Assembly (NCBI RefSeq): GCF_006345805.1
Contig: NC_043011.1
Location: 18,488,464-18,552,463 of the forward strand
Reading direction: 5' to 3'
DNA length: 64,000 nucleotides
From: Octopus sinensis
Lineage: Eukaryota
Below are positions 52,088 through 64,000 of this stretch, piece by piece. Each line of letters starts with the position of its first letter. Positions within the stretch are counted from its first letter, which is position 1. Position numbers and translations under genes: made by a program. The notes beneath the pieces were generated by a model, which saw nothing but the letters and a program-made list of their open reading frames with translations, had not been told where the DNA came from and did no database searches.

Positions 52088-53290
52088 TAACAGCCCTCAC
52101 CGTTTGTTTTTATGGTGTTATTCTCTTTGTCCTGTCTTTTACTGTTTTTACTTGTATTGTTTTTACTGCCTTGTTTTGTACTTACTGTCCTGTTCTTGTT
52201 ACCACTTTTACCCCTCCGCAAAAGATCCCAAATTTTATTTTACTTGCTTTGCGGGAAGGACTGTTTCAACTAAGTCGCGTCTTGTCCTTGCCTTCGTTTC
52301 GCGGAGAAGACGAAACAGGGAGAACTGAAAAAGGGAAATATTCCTTGTGTTGTATGTTTTGTACTCTGCTTTTTCGTTGTATGAAAAAAAGTTCCTTTCT
52401 GTGTATTTGTTTTTATGTTTTCGTTTCTCATTGTGTTCGACGTTCTTTTGATATACTGTACCCATACATGCATGTATTTATACATACAGAAATAGGTATG
52501 TACATATATGTATGTATATATGCATATATTTACATATTATATATATATTTGTTTATTTATTTATCATAAGAGTGTTTGAAGGAGACAAAATAAAGGAAAA
52601 TTAAAGAAAATATAGCTTCAAAAAGAAAAGAAGATATGTGCATAACTGTCGTATGCGTGAATGTAACTTTAATCCAGGTGCGGATTTTGCTATGAAGTTA
52701 AAATGGGGACATAATGATTTTGATTTTGCCCAGGACTGGCAAATCTGTTTGCTGATTGCACAATAGTTTTATAGTCCCTTTCGCCATCAATATACATACG
52801 CCAATACTCATATTGCATTTATCATTATCATTGCTTGCTATTCATTTTCGGGTATTAATATCCAGGTTTCTTCTCTTCCCAATACACTGCGTAATACTCT
52901 GAATGTACATACACATAATCAGCTCAGTGGAATGTAACTGTAGAGCAACAGGATAACTTATCTACAATCCTGAACGTCACGTTAAGTCCTGAACTAACAT
53001 CCCATTAAATATTGACGTTGCTTGACATCCCTTCGTGTCAATAGAAAATATGACAGCTTTTGATTGATGTTAGTCTTTCAGTAATCTTAATAGCTTGCAT
53101 TCTGAAGGAAGTTGGACACCATAAATAAAACAAATGACTAACTGACAAGTGTCATTTTTGACATTTTGAGGATAAATCTTCCTTTTAAATTTGGGGATCA
53201 CGTAACGATACAAGCAGTCAAGAAGAGATTCACTAAGTTTTGAAATAAGATTTAGTTGATTAGATATAAAATCAATATGATATATATACA

Positions 53291-53521
53291 TATTTCTTTA
53301 CTACCCACAAGGATTTAAACACAGAGGGGACAAACAAGGACCGACAAACGGATTAAGTCGATTGCATCGACCCCAGTGCGTAACTTGTACTTAATTTATC
53401 GACCCCGAAAGGATGAAAGGCAAAGTCGACCTCGGCGGAATTTGAACATGGAACGTAACGACAGATGAAATACGGCTACGCATTTCACCCGGCGCGCTCA
53501 CGTTTCTGCCAGCTCACCACC
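53291..53521 (-). mobile_element. Deu/Nin-type SINE, tandem copy 1
   Basis: Reverse complement GGTGGTGAGCTGGCAGAAACG...GTTCAAATTCCGCCGAGGTCGACTTTGCCTTTCATCCTTTCGGGGTCGATAAATTAAGTAC. Confidence 0.92.
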
Positions 53522-53588
53522 TATATATGATATATATAACTTTGTAAATATGCCTGCGTGTGTACCTCTGTGCCTGCGTGTGTATATG

Positions 53589-53820
53589 TATTTCTTTACT
53601 ACCCACAAAGGGGCTAAACACAGAGGGGACAAACAAGGACCGACAAACGGATTAAATCGATTACATCGACCCCAGTGCGTAACTTGTACTTAATTTATCG
53701 ACCCCGAAAGGATGAAAGGCAAAGTCGGCCTCGGCGGAATTTGAACATGGAACGTAACGACAGATGAAATACGGCTACGCATTTCGCCCGGCGCGCTCAC
53801 GTTTCTGCCAGCTCACCGCC
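53589..53820 (-). mobile_element. Deu/Nin-type SINE, tandem copy 2
   Basis: Near-identical to 53291-53521, including about 65 bp of flank. Confidence 0.92.
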
Positions 53821-56800
53821 TATATATGATATATATAACTTTGTAAATGTGCCTGCGTGTGTACGTCTGTGCCTGCGTGTGTATATGTGTTTGCGTGCAT
53901 GTGTATACGTGCGTGTTTATGCATGTATTCTTTGACACTTTTTCCCAAATTACTACATAAACTATTTTGTATTTACATTCAAAAATTGCTGATGTTGAAA
54001 ATAAGGATATCTATAATTCATTTCTAAAGACACACGTAAGAGAAAATACTGCCCTCAGGCTTATCTGAATGTATTTTAAATTACCAATCATATAATTCTG
54101 CTGCGTTTATATTCATAATAAATGTTACATTCTCAAAACACTTGAGTGGCTATATGTTTTAAAGTAAAAACACCATCTTTGTACTTTCTACAGCGAATCT
54201 GGAATTATGGAATGGTTCTTTATTCTTAACACGTCTAAGCATTTTCAGACTCAGCATGTGCTGAGAGCTGTTGAGTACGTTTCAGAGAAATAGGTTCTAG
54301 CTTTTACAACAACTGTGTGTGAAACACACATATCTCGCTGTTATCCCAGCATTCTGGGATAAATGAATTTCGACATGTTATGTTGATAGGTGTTCTTGTC
54401 TCCTAACCGATTAAAGAATTCACTAACCGGGAGAACATATGTTTGCAGAAAGCATGGATGAAGTCAGTCGTTTTGGCTAGTCCCTCAGTCCTGGCTGTTT
54501 CTGAATGATGAGACACAACATACTGAAATATTTCTGTCCCGGTATGACACACACCTGAAAGATGTGTGTGTTAAATACATTGTTGTGGCAAGAAGTAGTT
54601 TTATAAAGACATACACTATAGTGCTCAGCATGTTTTGTGTCTGGGGTTGTCTACAGGTGTTAAGATTAAATCGCACATTATGCATATCCTAATGTATTTT
54701 TTTATGATGCATGTTTTAATGTAGTTTGTTTATGATGCATGCCACGAGGAGTCTGTTTCTAATATATATTACTTAAAGATTTCTTACCGCCATATTTTAT
54801 TATTATTTGTTAACAACTCAATACCAAAGTGTATAGTTTCATATCATTTTCCCTAGAACAGAACAACTATTTAGGGATTGTTAAACTCATTACAAGTAAA
54901 TCCGTTTCTCGGTAGGATATTAAGATATCACAGAAAATGTATCCCTGAAGTGGAGACCGATTCCTGCACCCGCTTCTTTTGAAACCACTCCTAATTAACA
55001 GTTTAACACTCAGCCTTCCTTACATTTATCTATTGTTTACAGAGACATTTACATAAAAGCCGGGAATTAATTTCAATATGATTCATGCTTTTAATTTAAA
55101 TATATAGCCACTGCTTTGTCATTTTATGACAGCATAGAATCTGGCAAATATCTGGCGGTGTTCTCTCATATACATTAACGCACGGATTATCATTTCTGCG
55201 ATAGTTTCTCATAGCTTCGAACTACCTATGCATTAGAATAATCATACTACTACTGTAGTGTGGACTTGATAAATCTGTTGCAGAACAGCTCAATAATTAT
55301 TTACGTCTGCTTCTGCCCACCATTGATTTTGAAATCACATTTTGTTCCCGGTCTGTACTATTGTTTACCGCCACGAATACATCTCTCCTTCATTCTCGTA
55401 ATTACTTTAACATTTACAACACCACTGACGCCGTTATATTTACAACCATTTACGACAGTGATAGTTAATTCCACTCTCATCCCTTTCTATATTTACTATT
55501 CTACGAGAAAGGACCGGTGCCGCTATACAAAAATTATTTATTTCAAGCAATAGTATTATCCTTCATAGATTCGTAAATTTACTGTTCCCTTAATAGGTAG
55601 AATATATGCCTTGATAGGTAGAATATATACCTTGGCAGAATATATGCCTTGTAGTTCTAAATGGAGTGAATGCGAATTTTATACATGTTTTTTAAACAAA
55701 ACTCGTTCGTATGACGATGATGCAATGTGAAAATTATTTTATTCAAGCATCACAGCATTATCTTATTTGATTGTTACGCCATGATATACTTAGATACTTA
55801 GTGGTTACATTCATATACTGTGAATACATAAAGAAGCAATATAGTTAATTAAAGCTTTTGTTTTTTTTTTAAATCTGAAGCCAATATTTACATTTTGACA
55901 AGCCTCGAAAATTGTTTAATAGTAATTATTACACCAAAGTTATATTAACTGATATTACACATTGTTTTCGTTTTACATCATTGACTGTCATAGTTCTTGA
56001 CTTCAAAGTCTTTCATTGCATAAATTATACGCTTGTAATTATAGAGAGATGAGATTGAATTCATAAACATCATCCTGATTTATTTTATCTGTCTATAGAT
56101 ATTATTGCCACATTGTTCACTTTAAACTTGACCGTTCTGTTTCGAAGTTCTCTTATAATATTCGAACGATGACAAGAAACATAATTTATTTGAACATTAG
56201 TCTACCACATATAATAAACTTCCACACTGTGGTCAGAAGCCATAGACGCAGGTTCAACTCTTCACAGGGATATAGAAATGTATTCCATAACTGTAATAAG
56301 GAGTGGGGTACCAAAACGAGTTAAACTAATAACATTTCCAACAATTAAGTATTTCTATGGAATGTATTAAGTATGTTGATGAATAATAGATGTCAAATTA
56401 AAGACATATGATGAAAATAACCTTAAATAATATTATCCCCATAATTTGAAAACTCTTCTGATTTTCAGTACGAAGAAAACATCATTACCTCTCAATCTCC
56501 TAAATGTTTCCTTCATGCGTAGTAAGAGAGTCTATTCCTTGAGACAGTACTTCATGCAAAATAATACATATAGAATATTATATCTGGAAAATGCAAGAGC
56601 ATATATATTCTAAAGAGGAAGAGTTTTACAAAAACAAGAGACTATTTAGTAAGTGAACACGAGTTGTTGTAATTCAAAACTATATATCAAACGTCTGAAT
56701 GTTATTTACAATAAATACTGACAATTCTTAAGTCAGAATATATATAAAAAGAGGTGTCCGTAAGGAAATAAACCGTGAAATTATAAAATAAGACAGAAGA

Positions 56801-56869
56801 CATAACCTTTTAAAGAGCAGCAACAAATAATGCGGGGAGAAGAATGGAACGAAAATTCAGATCAAGATA

Positions 56870-56943
<74 letters not shown>

Positions 56944-57139
56944 ACAGTGGACCCTCCTGTCGAAAACAACGAATAAGCGTCCAGTATTTTGCCAAACAGC
57001 TTGCACAAATGAATTGTTTTAGTGATGAAATGTTCGTACTGCACATAAACTCACAGTCTGTAAAAGTACACGTTTTCTCAACACGTGGTCCTTCTGCCAT
57101 GTGTCAAGTTTGGAAGGGATCGCGGAGCAGGCTGAGATT

Positions 57140-57243
57140 ATGTGTTTTACTGAAGAACACGACACACCACCCGGACTAGGAATTGAAATGACGATATCGC
57201 GATCGTGAGTTCAGCACCGTAAACACGAGACCATGCACTCTCA
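57140..57243 (-). mobile_element. Degenerate tRNA-SINE head
   Basis: Resembles the minus-strand heads at 36440-36535 and 38110-38204 (GGAATTGAAA..CGAT.TC.CGATCGTGAGT). Confidence 0.5.
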
Positions 57244-58567
57244 CACATACGTGTGTGTGTGTGCGTGTGTAAATCAACAGAAGCCGTCGCACATATAATA
57301 ATTTGATCATTCACGTACAATGTCTCACTAAACAAAAATAACAAAGGATAGAAAATTAACTTATAATCCATTTACTTTGTCTTTCAATATTTTCTGAACT
57401 TGTTGGCTTTCATTACCCCTAAAAAATTCATGGATGTATGCATGGTACGTAAACATAGCTTCTGAAGCGAAAAAGAAATGAAATTCGAGAGAAATGCTGT
57501 TCGATGCAGGAAAACTAATAATGGACCGTTATATACACTAATATGGTAAATTTAAAGATTTTCTGCAAAAGAAAACTACGATCATCTGAAGTCAATTTCG
57601 ATGAAAACATGAAATGTCCACAGTTTTATTTAGTTCCTTTTCCCTACGCTAGAAATCAAATGATATATTCTTTACACAAATTCTAAGTAGCCAATGGAAT
57701 TATTATCGCAATACCCTTATCCAATTATACAAGAGATTCTATCAGTTTTAGTGCTCTACGTGTATGTACAAATATAATTTCCGTAGTTGAACACCAAGTA
57801 AGCATTAAATGGAACCGATGCAATTTTCATTCTCTTACCTGAATAATACTTTCACAATGGAAATGCTAGATCACGTTTGACATGTGTTTGTGCTATTTCT
57901 TTCTACTTTGTAATTCCACAGTGAGATATAAAAATGAATTACTTGTTTGTATTTGTTTCATTAATATTCATGAACCAACAAGAAGACACAATGCGGTGAT
58001 GACACTTTTGTTATTGCTTTTCTTGACTAATCGAATATATAACAATTGCTGGGAACGTGATGTATTATTTTCAATAGTAAAATGCTGCAGAAGTCCGATT
58101 ACATTTCTAAAGTGAATGTTGAGATCATATCAAACAGCAGAAAAACTTTCAGAATGGGTTCCTACAATAGTACCATGGAAAGAATTCATACAAGGATTAA
58201 TAGAACATATCATTACTTAAACTAAAATGAACTAAGAACAGGAATATCAAATTTCAAAATTATTTTAGCGTACATGTTTAGAATATAAACTATAATCCAT
58301 CCATTAATCTATCTATCCATCCGTCTATTTGTCCATTCAAATACACACGAACACACGAACACACACACGCACGCATGCACACACACACACATACACACAC
58401 TCAAGCATGTACAAACACACACATACACACGTACCCACACTTATATAAATATATTTTTTTATAGAAGCGTTGATTGACGTATGAGACTTTATTTTCTAGA
58501 TTTCTGCAATAGGAAATTTACTATTACATAAAAACATTACAAAATAATATGTTAAGTATATATATAT

Positions 58568-58694
58568 AGCAATAACAAAAGTGTCATCACCCGCATTGTG
58601 TCTTCTTGTTGGTTCATGAATATTAATGAAACAAATACAAACAAGTAATTCATTTTTATATCTCACTGTGGAATTACAAAGTAGAAAGAAATAG
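58568..58694 (-). repeat. Inverted copy of local sequence 57893-58018
   Basis: Reverse complement is identical apart from a 1-bp indel. Confidence 0.93.
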
Positions 58695-59440
58695 AGACCT
58701 GGGTGTAATTGTTGATGACGATCTCAGTTGGAGTGCACACATCAACAAGAAGGTCGATATAGCTCGTAGGATGAGTTCCTGGATCTTAAGAACTTTCCGG
58801 TCCATCATACCACTTTTCTGCTCCTTTGTACGACCACACCTCGAATACTGCTGCCCACTGTGGTCTCCCCATACAAGACAAAACATCTCGAGGATTGAAT
58901 TACCCCAGAGAGCACTCACTAAACGAATTGAAGGCATGGCTACTCTCGATTATTGGGATCGCCTTAAAGCCTTGAAACTCTACTCTCTCCAGCGTCGCCG
59001 TGAGCGGTACATCATTTGTACGATGTGGAGAATATACCGCCAACTTTGCCCAAACATTAGCTTCAAGGTTCATCCAAGACTGGGACCACGGGCCATACGT
59101 CCCCTGCCCAACTCAAGATCACAGCATACATGTACACTACAACATAATTTCTTTTCCTCAACAGGCCCTGCCCTATTTAACATTGTCCCGAAAGAGATCA
59201 AAGAGGAACAGGATCCCATCAACTTTAAACGGAGTCTGGATAGATTCCTTCAAGGAATACCAGATAAGCCACCCATAATTGGATACAACTCACCCAACAA
59301 AAACTCACTACTTGAATGGACCATAAACAAAACTTGACTTAAACAGGATTCCAATAATCCTATCAGGTGGTGCTATTAAGTTAGACATGGCCTGGACCAA
59401 TCATTGGTCGAAACATATCTAAGATTTATCTAAGTTTTAT
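58695..59440 (+). mobile_element. 5'-truncated CR1-like LINE (RT C-terminus and 3' UTR)
   Basis: RDLGVIVDDDLSW..HI...ILRTF...VRPHLEYCCPLWSPH...Y.DRLKALKLYSLQRRRER...FKRSLDRFL, then a short (TATCTAAG)-type tail. Confidence 0.93.
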
Positions 59441-59541
59441 ATATGTATGTATGTATATATGTATGTATGTATGTATGTATGTGTGTATGTATGTATGTAT
59501 GTATGTGTGTATGTATGTATTTATATATTTATATATATATA

Positions 59542-59617
<76 letters not shown>

Positions 59618-59645
59618 ATATATATATATATAATTATATATTTAT
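59441..59645. repeat. (TATG)n/(TA)n microsatellite
   Basis: Directly visible. Confidence 0.95.
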
Positions 59646-59767
59646 ATAAAATTTATTTATAATAGTCGTTTTGAATATACAAAATTCCAGCCAAGGATTA
59701 TTTTATTATGTGTGTGTGTGTGCATGTGTGTGTATGTGTGTGTGCGTGAGTGTGTGTGTGTATGAGT

Positions 59768-59810
<43 letters not shown>

Positions 59811-60446
59811 GATAAGAAATAGCCTCCCATGATATATTATTTGTGTAGTTACTAATGGTATAGATTCATAATTTAGAGCTTGTTCCGAATGTTCAATAAA
59901 ATTTCAGATTTATGTGCTTCTGTTGAGCAAATCACAATTGAAGAGCAATCTGCTTATTTTCCTGAGTAGAGTGAATTAAAATGAGTCAGTCTCTGTGTTT
60001 GAGAGCTGTTTCACTTTTATGTTCAGACGAGAAATTTCACTTTCTAAGGTTTACTCATTTCGTCTATAGTGAGATTGTAAAAAAACATTGTCTTTCACGG
60101 GGTCCTTGAAACTCATTGTAGCTGTAACAATACCCTGTCCCTGTATAGCTCCGTTTAATTTCCTGCCATATTAATTGTCACAGCAAGGATCTATTTTATA
60201 TAATCTCTGTATACATATACACTGCATTTTGAGAGATTCAAAACTACTAAGACCATATATCTCCTTAATCAGATCTTAGTCCAAATCCTTATCGTTATAT
60301 CCTGTGGTACATTATTCGTGATGGAATAACAGAACAATGAACTAAATGAATGAAAAATATTGCAACAAATGTTGTCAAAATCCGATAAAAATGAAATTGT
60401 GTTTCTCTTAAAATACTAGAACTGATATTTTCTTTTAAAGTTTTAT

Positions 60447-60600
60447 GGTGGCGTACTGGCAGAATCGTTAGCACGCGGAGAAAAATGCTCCGCGGCATTC
60501 CGTTTATCCACACGTTCTGAATTGAAATTCTGTCACGGTCAACATTGCTTTTCATCCTTTCAGGATCGATAGAATAGATACCTGTTAAGAACTGAATTTC
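60447..60600 (+). mobile_element. Degenerate Deu/Nin-type SINE
   Basis: GGTGGCGTACTGGCAGAATCGTTAGCACG...TTTCATCCTTTCAGGATCGATA. Confidence 0.8.
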
Positions 60601-60754
60601 GATATTATTGAATATCCCCCGGATCTTGTAATGCAGACATATTGTAATGCAGACATTCACTTTAACACTGAGACTATTAAAGTGAAAGTATTATATAACA
60701 GGAATGAACCATTAACAGTGGTTATCCATTTTGCTAGAAGATCTGCAATGGTCT

Positions 60755-60820
60755 TATATGCTACACCACTGGTTTTTAATTGATATTAATCAAATAAATA
60801 TTAAATTTTTCACCCTTATT
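60755..60820 (+). mobile_element. Short dispersed copy of the family H1 terminal block, opposite orientation to the 19.4-20.6 kb array
   Basis: ATATGCTACACCACTGGTTTTTAATTGATATTAAT...TTTTCACCCT is a reverse-complement-like match to AGGGTGAA...TTAAAACCAGTGGTCTAGCATAT. Confidence 0.6.
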
Positions 60821-61289
60821 ATGTGTGTGTATTAGCAATTCGTATAAAATTGCCTCAATAATTTGAAATTGAATAAGTGGTTTCACATAAATGGGGATAA
60901 ATTAAAAAGGTTTGTTGCTATTATTATTATTGTTTGACTATTGTAATCACGTTTGTTGGTTCCTCGTCAGGGAAACGTTGTTGTGTTGCATTTGTTAAAT
61001 AATTGTAAAGTGTAACCCTCCCACTTTTAGAGAAGGAGTTTTGGTTATTGTTTAAAAAATTGAATTGTGTCCCTGTTTAGGGAAATTAACAATATTTTCA
61101 CCGTCATTACGGAAGCATTTTTGCTAAAATGACTTTGATAGAAGAAAGACCAAAAATGAATTTCGCTGCAGCCGTACACTTCTATACAAGAGATAGGACA
61201 AGATACAATTGATCAAAATTGCAAGAGACGAGACTACAATTCGAGTCTGTTATATATTTTGAGTATTGTTATCACTAGCGATATCAAGA

Positions 61290-61491
61290 TATAACTTGGA
61301 CTCCACCTGTACTTGCTTGCAATGATTCATTCCTGAGAGTATGAGAACTTCGGGCCATTTGACGTTAGGGACGTTGAAATCACCCAAAATAAATATGGTC
61401 AGGTGGTATTCTAGATTCATGAGGATTTTTTTTTTATTCTCGTAAGTCAATCTTCAAACTTGCCTATGTGATTTGGAGCATCCGGTGGGCA

Positions 61492-61495
<4 letters not shown>
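61290..61495 (-). mobile_element. CR1-like APE endonuclease fragment
   Basis: IYCPPDAP...FED...IFILGDFNVPNVKW, matching the YRPP and GDFN motifs. Confidence 0.7.
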
Positions 61496-61568
<73 letters not shown>

Positions 61569-61952
61569 TATAGAGAGATATATATAGATATATATAGGTA
61601 CATATATATATATAGATATATATATAGATACATATATATATATATAATATATATATATATGGATATATGGATATACATATATATACATAAACATATATAT
61701 ACATACATATACATATATATATACATATATACACATATATATATACATATAAATACATTTATACACATATATATACACATATAAATACATTTATACACAT
61801 ATATATATATACATATATATATATATACATATACATATATATATAAATACATATATATATAAATACATATATATATATACATACATACATATATACATAC
61901 ATATACATATATATATAGACATACATATACATGTATATATATATATACATAT

Positions 61953-61999
<47 letters not shown>

Positions 62000-62012
62000 C
62001 ATATACATATAC

Positions 62013-62044
<32 letters not shown>

Positions 62045-62050
62045 ATATAT
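61492..62050. repeat. Long TA/TACA/TAGA microsatellite block
   Basis: Directly visible. Confidence 0.95.
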
Positions 62051-62544
62051 AGGGAGAGTTTACGAAAAACCAAAAGAAGACAGGTGGTGTACAAAACAAA
62101 CAGATGTATTAGTACAGTGCTCAGGAATAGAGAAATCTGTTATATTTTGAACCTAGGCTCCTCTACAGAAAGTGACACAGAAAAAACAAGGAGAGATAAA
62201 ATGTGTGTAGAGGCTAACGATCTATCATGGCGACTAGTAATATATGTATATACATATGTATATATACATATGTATATATATAAATATATATATATATACA
62301 CATATGTATATATATAAAATATATACATGCATGTATATATACTAATGTATATGTATAGATGTATTTCTCTAGATATACATGTATATGTAAACATGTATGT
62401 CTAGATGTAATTATAGATGTACATGTAACATTTACACATATATATATATATATATACACATATATACATGCTTACATATATAAACCAATACACACATACC
62501 GATATACCCACCCACACACACACTCGCACACACACATACACACA

Positions 62545-62648
62545 CAGGTGCAGGTGTGGCTGTGTGGTAACAAACTTGGTTCCAAAACACTTGGTACTCA
62601 GTTCAGTCCCACTGTTTGGTAACTTGGCATGTATCTTCTGCTGTAGCA
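62545..62648 (+). mobile_element. Degenerate tRNA-SINE head
   Basis: GGTGTGGCTGTGTGGTAA...AGTTCAGTCCCACTG, with A-box-like and B-box-like segments. Confidence 0.55.
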
Positions 62649-62892
62649 TCAATACAAGCCACAGTCCGCTCTGGGTGACGTTGGGTCGACAGGCCACAGC
62701 TACCAGCCCACAGTCGACAAGGATAAATGAAAGTGTCCCCTCCGGTTTTTGCAAATGACCACTATACAGATGCGTAAGTGGAGAGAATAAATATAGTGGA
62801 GACATAGATGTTGGGCGACATTGAGGCGACTGCAAACAGCTACCAGCCCACAGTAGACGCTATTGCGACCAGAGCTCGCTCTGGGCGACATT

Positions 62893-62970
62893 GGGGGACA
62901 TATAGCGTAGTGGCTGAGAGCGTGGGCTACTAACCCCAAGATTCCAAGTTCAATTCCAAGCTGTGACCTA
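62893..62970 (+). mobile_element. tRNA-like SINE head
   Basis: TAGCGTAGTGGCTGAGAGCG...AGTTCAATTCC has A-box and B-box spacing but no intact acceptor stem. Confidence 0.5.
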
Positions 62971-63059
62971 AACACTAGCAACAACTAAACCTAATTGAAA
63001 ATACCTTAAATCAGTGCATTAGAATGGCTGCAGTACTATCATTACTTCCTAAAAAAAAT

Positions 63060-64000
63060 TGTAGGGAACTTCCTCGAAAGTTTCGAGGATTTTATAACTT
63101 CCTGATGAATTGGTTGAAAACTTCCTTGAAAATTCCGAGGATTTCATGGAAATACTGGGGATTTCCCAACTTCCTGGAAAATCGATCCAAAACTTCCCGG
63201 ACAGTTCCGATGCTTTCGTGGAAAGTTCCCGGGATTTTCCAACTCCCTGGAGAATAGATCGGGATTCCGGGGATTCGCCAATTTCCTGGAAATTCCGATC
63301 AATACCAGAAACACCCTGCAAAGTTCCGAGGATTTAATGGAAAGTTTCGGGGCTTCCCGCAACTTCGTGGCAAATAGGTCGGACACTCCATGTGGAATTC
63401 CGGGGATTCCCCAACTTCCTGCAAAAATTGGTCAGAAAGTTCCGATGGATTCATGGAACGATCCGGGAATTTCACATTTTCGTAGACAATTGGTCGGAAA
63501 GTTCCTGGAAAGTTCCGAGGATTTTATTGAATGATCCGGGGATCTCCCCTTTTCAAAGGATATTGGTAGGAAATATGGTGGAAAGTTCCGAGGATTTCAT
63601 GGAAAGTTCCGAGGATTTCACGGAAAGTTCCGGCGATTGCCCAATCTCCTTGATAATTAGTCGTAAATATCCTGGAAAGTTCCGAGCATTTTTATTGAAA
63701 GTTCCGGGGTTTCCCTAATTTACTGGTAAATTGGTCTGAAAGATCATGGAAAGTTACCGGGATTTCCAATATTCCTAGGAAATTGATCGGAAAGTTCCGA
63801 GGATCTCCCATTTTCCTGGAACATTGTTCGGAAAGATCCTGGAAAATTCCGAGGATTTTATGGAAAGTTCCGGGGATTCCCCAATTTCCTGGAAAATTTG
63901 TCGGAAAGTTCCGATGATTTTATAGAAAGTTCCGGGGTTTCCCTAATTTCCTGGTAAATAGAAAGATCCCGGAAAGTTCGGAGGATTTCATGGAAAGTTC
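63060..64000. repeat. Start of a diverged satellite array running off the window end
   Basis: Recurrent GAAAGTTCCGAGGATTTYATG (~21 bp) and GAAAGTTCCGGGGATTCCCCAATTTCCTGGAAAATTGGTCG (~40 bp) subunits. Confidence 0.92.

Noticed and set aside
54810-55500. Possible further Penelope-like remnant
   Set aside because: Only vague resemblance, with no intact motif.
60870-60975. Minus-strand CTGACGA...GAAAC as a hammerhead
   Set aside because: The flanks do not pair to form stem I; at best a decayed PLE-related relic.
63024-63718. Overlapping ORFs of 65-108 aa
   Set aside because: They are open only because the satellite repeat is poor in stop codons.

Overview
This is AT-rich, repeat-dense eukaryotic DNA. 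The repeat content suggests an octopus or other cephalopod, but that is inference. It contains very long (TA)n and (TAA)n microsatellites, tRNA-derived and Deu/Nin-type SINEs, and R4/Dong-like LINEs. I found no host protein-coding gene that I can support, and most of the ORF track is translated microsatellite. Everything recognisable is a transposon relic: several R4/Dong-type RLE non-LTR retrotransposon fragments in (TAA)n tracts, a ~555-bp non-coding element also in (TAA)n, Penelope-like (GIY-YIG) remnants, CR1-like fragments, a duplicated gag-like ORF1, a Helitron, mariner relics, a Merlin-like MITE carrying TTAGGG repeats, and the start of a satellite array. The most interesting signal is at least three unrelated short non-coding repeat families beside (TA)n tracts. 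Each carries a minimal type I hammerhead-ribozyme motif, and they occur as tandem, direct or inverted copies, resembling Penelope pLTRs or retrozymes. One is a 507-bp tandem repeat with one hammerhead per unit. All calls come from reading the sequence by eye; no database search or folding computation was run.
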